From Nitrososphaeria archaeon (lineage in GTDB: Archaea; Thermoproteota; Nitrososphaeria; Conexivisphaerales; DTJL01): 24,000 nucleotides of DNA. The stretch lies in contig JARVJU010000003.1 in the NCBI GenBank assembly GCA_029775965.1, positions 1 through 24,000 of the forward strand, in the 5' to 3' direction. The notes beneath the pieces are model-generated. The model did no database searches. It saw nothing but the letters and a program-made list of their open reading frames with translations, and was not told the DNA's origin. The position numbers and the translations under genes are program-made. How positions within the stretch are numbered: position 1 is the stretch's first letter; every line of letters begins with the position of its first letter. Below are positions 18,272 through 24,000 of the stretch, piece after piece.

Positions 18272-19327
18272 CTAGTATCTTATTCTCGGGTCTACAAAAG
18301 CATAAGCTATATCAAGAATCAGATTTGCAGAGACAAGAATCAGGCCGAAAAGAAGAGTAGACGCCATTATCCCACCTACGTCATTGTTGAGAAGAGCTTG
18401 TGTTGTCCAGTAACCTATGCCTGGATAGCTGAATACTGTCTCTATCACAACTGCTCCTCCAAGCAAGAATGCAACAGTCAGTCCAAATAAGGTCAGGAGA
18501 GGGAGCAAGGCATTCCTCCTTGCGTGCAAATTATACACTAGCTTAGCAGATATACCCTTTGACCATGCGAGTCTTATATAGTCTTGATCAAGAACCTCCA
18601 GCATAGATGCTCTAAGTATTCGTATTATGCTAGCTACAGTAGCAAGAGCAAGAGTTAATGAAGGAAGCAATAGATGAAGGAATGCATTCCATGCAACCTG
18701 CCAGTTGTTATGAAGTATTGCGTCTATCAGAATGATATGCGTTGGGTATGATATACCATTGTGGTACCAAGAAAGGTTTGATACAAGAAGTGGATTCACA
18801 ACACCAGCGAATGGGAGTATCTTAAGGTATACGCCTACAGCAAGTATTAGTGCTACAGCGATAAGATAGATAGGCATTGCGTAAAGAGAAAAGGAGCCAA
18901 CTCTTACTACTTGGTCTGTAGCTGAATCTCTATTGACAGCTGAGTAAACCCCTAGCGGCACACCTATTACCCATATAAGTATAGAAGCTACTGCTGCTAT
19001 CATAGCAGTATTTGGCAAAAACAGTTCTATTGCAGTAACAACGCTTCCGCTGAATATAGGTGTATTGGTATAACCCCAGTTACCCTGCATGATTTGGTAG
19101 AGCCAGTAAAAGTACTGGATGTATATAGGCTGGTTAAGGTGAAATTCTTCTGTAAGTTTTTGTATAAGCAGAGTCCTTGCTTCACCTGTCAGCCTTGGAT
19201 TGACATACTCTGCAAGGACAAGGTTGGTTCCCCCTGAATGGCTGAGAACGAACACTATGAACGTAAGGCCTATAAGTGTTGGAATGAAGAGCAGTAGCCT
19301 TCTAACTATATAGACCCAAAGCTTCAT
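18272..19327 (-). CDS. dppB: ABC transporter permease (DppB/OppB-like)
   Basis: YIVRRLLLFIPTLIGLTFIVFVL N-terminus; RAKGISAKLV-type EAA loop (DYIRLAWSKGISAKLVYNLHARRNALLPLLT). Confidence 0.93.
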   Translation of the reverse strand: MKLWVYIVRRLLLFIPTLIGLTFIVFVLSHSGGTNLVLAEYVNPRLTGEARTLLIQKLTEEFHLNQPIYIQYFYWLYQIMQGNWGYTNTPIFSGSVVTAIELFLPNTAMIAAVASILIWVIGVPLGVYSAVNRDSATDQVVRVGSFSLYAMPIYLIAVALILAVGVYLKILPFAGVVNPLLVSNLSWYHNGISYPTHIILIDAILHNNWQVAWNAFLHLLLPSLTLALATVASIIRILRASMLEVLDQDYIRLAWSKGISAKLVYNLHARRNALLPLLTLFGLTVAFLLGGAVVIETVFSYPGIGYWTTQALLNNDVGGIMASTLLFGLILVSANLILDIAYAFVDPRIRY

Positions 19328-19389
19328 AGCATATGCTCCCTTGTGTAATGAATAAAAAATAGAATAAAAACATCATGGTGATTTTCTAG

Positions 19390-21996
19390 CTATCCCTTTA
19401 CCCACCAGTAGTAAAGCGAGTCAGCAGCGCCGCCTATCATCGGGTTCTCCTCATAGGATATCTGCCCCTGATAACCATTCATGTATGGCTTGACAATCCA
19501 GAAGGCATTAGGCTGTATTGTGTACACGTACATGTATAGGTTTATGGCTATCTGCTCTGCTTGCTTGTATAGCTGAGCTGCAAGCGTTTCATTAGCAGTT
19601 GAATCTGCCTGCTCTATCAAACTATTCATCTCAGCATACATCTGTGCCTGATCCGGATGACCTGTTGCGTTGAAGTATTCAACTGAGAATCCATCTGGCG
19701 CCGGATATGTTCCACCTTGCTTGTACATTGCGTCAACAAAGTCAGCTGGGTATGGATAATCAGCTATCCAGCCAAGGTAGTAGAGCGGCATTGGGTTTGA
19801 TCCTGGTACCTCGTAGCCTATCATAGTGCTGAAGGGGACATATACAGGAGTCATCTGAATGTTCGGGTCTATCTGCTGCATGGCTGCTGCCCACATCTGA
19901 GCCGCTGCATAATCAACTGTGTCACCACTAGATATGACTACGGGTATATTTATTGATACATTATACTCGCCTGATTGTTCGAGCAGCTGCTTTGCATATG
20001 ATAAGTTATAAGTTGGGACATTCTGCAACTGGCTCTCTGGCACATGATATGGTAGCCCTTTGATTATTACTCCAGCATAATTCTGTCCAAAGTCTACATG
20101 ATACTTGAGGTTACCTTCTATGTTATCTATGTAGTTAGTGTAGTTAAATGCATAGGCAAAGGCCTTTCTTACATCAAGGTTTGCAAAGTAATTGGGAGGT
20201 GCATGGTATTGACTTCCAAAATCTGTCTGCATGAGGCTTTCACTGAAGTTCAATGTAAATATGAAGAAGAAGTCGGATAGTGTTGGGAATTGGTATAGAC
20301 TAGCTTGTCCTTGCCCTACAAGGGTTGTTACCAGTGGGAAGTAGTTGGTAGGCAGGTCGGCGACTATGTCTGCCTGTCCGCTTGCGAACAGATTATAAGC
20401 TGTTTCTGGGTCCTTAACCCACTGTATGACTATGGTATCATTAGGCCTTGGTACACCTGGCGTGCCTGGAAAACCTGGGTTAGGCACCAATGTTATAGAC
20501 TGTCCAGGTACATAGCTCTGTATCATGTACGGGCCAGAAGCAACTGGATCATTTTGCACTTTCAGGTTGTAGCTTCCCTCATTCCCTTGGTTCTGATATG
20601 CGTAAAATCCTGCTGGCGTAAAGGTTATCCCAGCACCTACCTGCTGTAGCCATGCTGCATCTAGTATACCAGCGCCTAATGGGTCAGCTATTGCAGTGAA
20701 GAAGAGCTGGGGCGGTAAAGGTCTATCAACATGGAAAGTAACTGTCTGGCTGGAGTTGCTATACGTTACTGCACTCATTATTGCATTGAAGTCTGCCGTG
20801 TCATTGGCTGCTGTCATTATAGGGACGCCTATTGTTGCTCCCGGAACTAAATACTGAGCTAGTATCCAGTCTGGAGTACCTGGTGCACCTCCAACAAACA
20901 GCATATCCCTTATCATGGAATACCAGACATCATATGCAGTTATAGGATCGCCGTTAGAGAACTTAAGCCCCTGTCTTATCTGGAATGTATACTCTGTGTA
21001 GTTAGAGTTGATACCTCCGTTCTGGACAGTAGGTACCTGAGCAGCAACCATTGGTATGAATGATGTCGTAGATGAACCGTTATATATGAGCAAAGTTGCA
21101 AATATATTAGATACGACTTCGAAGCCTACAGATTCGTAGTCTATCTGGGGATCAAAAGAATATGGTCCTCCGGGCACATTCTCTACAACGTTTATTACGC
21201 CCGGGTTAGGTATGTTGCCAGTATATTCGAAAAGTTTGAAGGTTGTTGTTGCGTTGCCAACAGCTATCGTCTGATAGCTTGTGTAGCTGTAGGTTTGCTG
21301 CGTGCTTGTATTTTCAGTGTAGATTGTGAGACTTACTGGATATAACCCAGGAGCCGAATAGCTTATGTTGACTGGATTTGTGACAGGGTCAAAAGTTGTG
21401 GAATTGGCAGGTACTGTTTGTGTCTGTCCGTTGCCGAAATTCCACACATACTTTACTATAGATATATTTGTACCGGTAGGGGCTTCTAGGAAGCCTCCGT
21501 ATAGGTATACTGTCTGCCCAGCTTGGAAGAAAGGTGCACCGGGATTCCGCGTTGCGTTAAAGGTTATTACAGGTACAGATATCAACTCAGCAAAAGAGGA
21601 ATTAACGCTAGGCGTAATCTGAATGAGTCTTGTTGCATTGTAAGTTGATGCGACAACTTTGCCGTTGACAACTTCTGATGCTGCCACCAAATACCTTCCG
21701 GGGTATTGATAAGTATAACTGGTTGTAGAATTTGTCTGCGCAGAATGACCGTCGCCAAAAGTGACATTAGCTTGACCGTTAGACAACAGACCGGACACTG
21801 TAAATGTTATGGGTGTTCCTTGTAATGCAACCAAAGTTGTAGGAGCTAGCGTAATAGGTGGTGCGGTCACCTGACTTGGCTTTAGTGTAACTACGTAAGC
21901 AGCCGCCACTATGGCTACTATTATTACGACAACTATTGCTACTATAGCTGCTGTGGAGATAGCTTTGCGTTTTGTGAACTTCCTTGACGAATTCAA
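19390..21996 (-). CDS. Peptide-type extracellular solute-binding protein with N-terminal TM anchor and PKD-like domains; TTG start
   Basis: Two PKD-like segments (NVTFGDGHSAQTNSTTSYTYQYPGRYLV; IVKYVWNFGNGQTQTV...APGLYPVSLTIYTE), then SBP_bac_5-like YTFQIRQGLKFSNGDPITAYDVWYSM and VRKAFAYAFNYTNYI. Confidence 0.9.
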   Translation of the reverse strand: MNSSRKFTKRKAISTAAIVAIVVVIIVAIVAAAYVVTLKPSQVTAPPITLAPTTLVALQGTPITFTVSGLLSNGQANVTFGDGHSAQTNSTTSYTYQYPGRYLVAASEVVNGKVVASTYNATRLIQITPSVNSSFAELISVPVITFNATRNPGAPFFQAGQTVYLYGGFLEAPTGTNISIVKYVWNFGNGQTQTVPANSTTFDPVTNPVNISYSAPGLYPVSLTIYTENTSTQQTYSYTSYQTIAVGNATTTFKLFEYTGNIPNPGVINVVENVPGGPYSFDPQIDYESVGFEVVSNIFATLLIYNGSSTTSFIPMVAAQVPTVQNGGINSNYTEYTFQIRQGLKFSNGDPITAYDVWYSMIRDMLFVGGAPGTPDWILAQYLVPGATIGVPIMTAANDTADFNAIMSAVTYSNSSQTVTFHVDRPLPPQLFFTAIADPLGAGILDAAWLQQVGAGITFTPAGFYAYQNQGNEGSYNLKVQNDPVASGPYMIQSYVPGQSITLVPNPGFPGTPGVPRPNDTIVIQWVKDPETAYNLFASGQADIVADLPTNYFPLVTTLVGQGQASLYQFPTLSDFFFIFTLNFSESLMQTDFGSQYHAPPNYFANLDVRKAFAYAFNYTNYIDNIEGNLKYHVDFGQNYAGVIIKGLPYHVPESQLQNVPTYNLSYAKQLLEQSGEYNVSINIPVVISSGDTVDYAAAQMWAAAMQQIDPNIQMTPVYVPFSTMIGYEVPGSNPMPLYYLGWIADYPYPADFVDAMYKQGGTYPAPDGFSVEYFNATGHPDQAQMYAEMNSLIEQADSTANETLAAQLYKQAEQIAINLYMYVYTIQPNAFWIVKPYMNGYQGQISYEENPMIGGAADSLYYWWVKG

Positions 21997-22326
21997 TCTT
22001 TTCTCAAAAAACCCCCTAATGCTATTTGCTATTTATACGTTGCGAATAGAGTTGTTGAATGAATTGATTATGATGTTATGTGCTCGCTTGCCGAATCATG
22101 CTTTTCATGCGCTCCGACCTCTTCTTAATCACCAATTTAACAGGGTGTCAAAAAACTAAATTCTTATGTAGCCAAGCAGAGATATGTTCACATATATATT
22201 AGCTGTTCAACATGCCAAGATAGAAATAATTGTAAGTTAATGGAAATATTCATTATCAAAATTTTTCTGCGTGAAAAATAAAGTCATAAGACAATTTCGA
22301 TAATTTGAAAAACGGAAAAGCAAATC

Positions 22327-22334
22327 TATAAATA
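22327..22334 (+). promoter_or_regulatory. TATA box TATAAATA
   Basis: AT-rich TATAAATA element about 45 nt upstream of the small ORF and about 100 nt upstream of the 22430 gene. Confidence 0.45.
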
Positions 22335-22388
22335 AATCAGCAGACGAAAGCTCTTGGGCGTTGACTGTCAAATGGCTTTATCAGTATG

Positions 22389-22414
22389 CTGTAACATGCA
22401 TTGTTGCATTACAG
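22389..22414 (+). promoter_or_regulatory. Stem-loop/inverted repeat in the leader of the 22430 gene
   Basis: CTGTAA(CA)TGCA-TTGT-TGCATTACAG: 10 bp with a 2-nt bulge and 4-nt loop, ending 15 nt before ATG 22430. Confidence 0.5.
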
Positions 22415-22429
22415 AAAAGGTGAGGGAAA

Positions 22430-22873
22430 ATGTATACCTATAGCATCCTTGGTACTTATCTGCCCAGTATGCCATGGCTGAGCAAGTTTCAGGGTTTCAT
22501 AGAAGGGTTACTTGTAATTACTTTCATCACGGTAGCTTTTGACAAAATCGGAACTTTTATGTTCAGAAAAGGATTGGTCAAACCTTTTTATGTAAAGGGA
22601 CACAGGGTTCATCATAAGATAATCTACCCGATAGTTATGGGCTCCTATATACTTCTTTCTGCACTTGATTTTCTTGGCATAATTGAGCCAGTTTGGAGTT
22701 CAATCTGGTATAGAGCCGCTATAGTTTCAGCGATTACAGGATTCTGCTTTGCACTCGACCTGGTTGCAGATACAATATTTGACGGAAGGAAACATGCTAT
22801 CTTGCACCACGAATGGGTCTACCTTTTAATCCCAGCCTATATCATTCTGGAGCTTCTCAAAGTAGCAATATAG
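22430..22873 (+). CDS. Small integral membrane protein with HxxHH and HxxxHH motifs
   Basis: GHRVHHKIIYP and HAILHHEW separated by TM helices; family not recognised. Confidence 0.65.
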   Translation: MYTYSILGTYLPSMPWLSKFQGFIEGLLVITFITVAFDKIGTFMFRKGLVKPFYVKGHRVHHKIIYPIVMGSYILLSALDFLGIIEPVWSSIWYRAAIVSAITGFCFALDLVADTIFDGRKHAILHHEWVYLLIPAYIILELLKVAI

Positions 22874-22906
22874 TAGAGTTATTATTTAAGGAATGCAAGA
22901 CAATGA

Positions 22907-23758
22907 TTGATGAGAGAGCTGTTTAACGAAGTACTGGGTAAGAAGATTACATTACCTGAAAAGATAGAGAAGATAGTCAGCCTCAATCCGTCTATTACAG
23001 AATCACTCTTTATGATGGGATTAGGCGATAAGGTAGCAGCAGTAAGTGCATTTTGCGCAAGACCACCAGAAGCACGTAGCAAAAGAAAGATCGGGAGCTA
23101 CAATACTGTAAATGAAGACATACTTGATAGTATAGAACCTGATATCATATTTACAATTACAGGCTACCAAAGGCAGCTTGCCTTTGATCTATCGAAAAAG
23201 TACAGCGTTTACCCACTTGAACTACCAACTACAGTACTAGGTATACTTGATATGGTCACAAAGATAGGATTAGCTATTGGAGAATACGAGAAGGGACGCT
23301 CCTTGTCAACAGAATTGCTTGGAAGATTACTGCATCTTTTACCAGGCAAGGTTGACTACAGACCTAAAATATACTTGGAAATAGACCTTGGAGGGTCCGT
23401 AACATTCGGTGCGTACAGCTACATAACTGATGCGATATATCTGCTTGGAGGAAGTAATGTATATGGCAATGAGCAGGCAGAATGGTTGCAACCTGACCTT
23501 ACCAGACTTAACAGTGTTGCTCCTGATATATTCATATACGAAGCAAAGATGTACTCTGACTTTCATAAGGAAGACCTCGAGAGATTAATAGATTCTAGGG
23601 GATGGAGAAACATGAGGTTTATCACTAATGGGACATATTATCTTGCTCCCGGTCCCCTTGACTTCTTTGCTCACCATGGACCGAGCTTTATACTTGATAC
23701 TCTTCCATGGTTGAAAGAGAAACTGGACATTTATCAATCAAAGTACCTTAGAAGTTAG
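22907..23758 (+). CDS. BtuF-like / Fe-siderophore-type periplasmic-binding domain protein (cobalamin-binding family)
   Basis: KIVSLNPSITESLFMMGLGDKVAAVSAFCARPPEARSKRKIGSYNTVNEDILDSIEPDIIFTITG pattern. No obvious signal peptide. Confidence 0.85.
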   Translation: MMRELFNEVLGKKITLPEKIEKIVSLNPSITESLFMMGLGDKVAAVSAFCARPPEARSKRKIGSYNTVNEDILDSIEPDIIFTITGYQRQLAFDLSKKYSVYPLELPTTVLGILDMVTKIGLAIGEYEKGRSLSTELLGRLLHLLPGKVDYRPKIYLEIDLGGSVTFGAYSYITDAIYLLGGSNVYGNEQAEWLQPDLTRLNSVAPDIFIYEAKMYSDFHKEDLERLIDSRGWRNMRFITNGTYYLAPGPLDFFAHHGPSFILDTLPWLKEKLDIYQSKYLRS

Positions 23759-23873
23759 GTCAAAAGCTTAACCGCAGCAGCCTAATGCCTGATTTATGGG
23801 TATTTATGCAGAAGGCAGTAGGAAACATCATATTTAAAGTCCCCAAACATATCAGCCATAGGGGTCTAGCACT

Positions 23874-24000
23874 TTGTTCTCACCAATCATAAATGCCATA
23901 ATACTTTTGATTCACCTTTTTGCTGCTGTTATATTTATAGGTGGCTCTTTCTTTATGTGGCTTGTTGTAGTACCAGCTTCTTTTGAAGTCGCTAAGGAAG
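23874..24000 (+). CDS. Partial membrane protein (CopD/DUF-type four-helix-like start), runs off right edge
   Basis: TTG start frame: LFSPIINAIILLIHLFAAVIFIGGSFFMWLVVVPASFEVAKE. Family guess is weak. Confidence 0.35.
   Translation, partial: MFSPIINAIILLIHLFAAVIFIGGSFFMWLVVVPASFEVAKE

Noticed and set aside
20098-20649. Plus-strand ORFs opposite the binding protein gene
   Set aside because: Cys-rich and unstructured translations typical of antisense frames.
1-24000. CRISPR array or multi-gene defence island
   Set aside because: No regularly spaced direct repeats seen and no Cas, restriction-modification or other recognisable defence genes besides TnpB.

Overview
Archaeal chromosomal window, judged by archaeal-type aglB, elp3, a short-intron tRNA and TATA-like promoters. 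I do not assign a lineage. Contents in order: a decayed IS200/IS605-type TnpB remnant at the left edge; a conserved hypothetical plus THUMP-domain gene pair; an AIR-synthase-like gene, an ECF S-component and elp3 on the minus strand; an IS607-family element whose serine recombinase is frameshifted by a (CTTGA)3 repeat while TnpB keeps its catalytic residues; a cupredoxin; a Ser/Tyr-Gly-tailed exported protein; an intron-containing tRNA-Val(CAC); a small RHH regulator with a palindrome just upstream; aglB/STT3; an SLC13/ArsB-type permease; alaX plus a NUDIX gene; a PadR regulator; a complete Opp/Dpp-type ABC operon with a PKD-fused binding protein; a small His-motif membrane protein; an orphan BtuF-like protein; and a partial membrane protein at the right edge. 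I found no CRISPR array or clear multi-gene defence system. The most interesting items are the IS607 element (frameshifted TnpA, apparently intact TnpB, candidate omega RNA), the RHH/divergent mini-ORF region, and the PKD-fused binding protein with a large OppD insertion.
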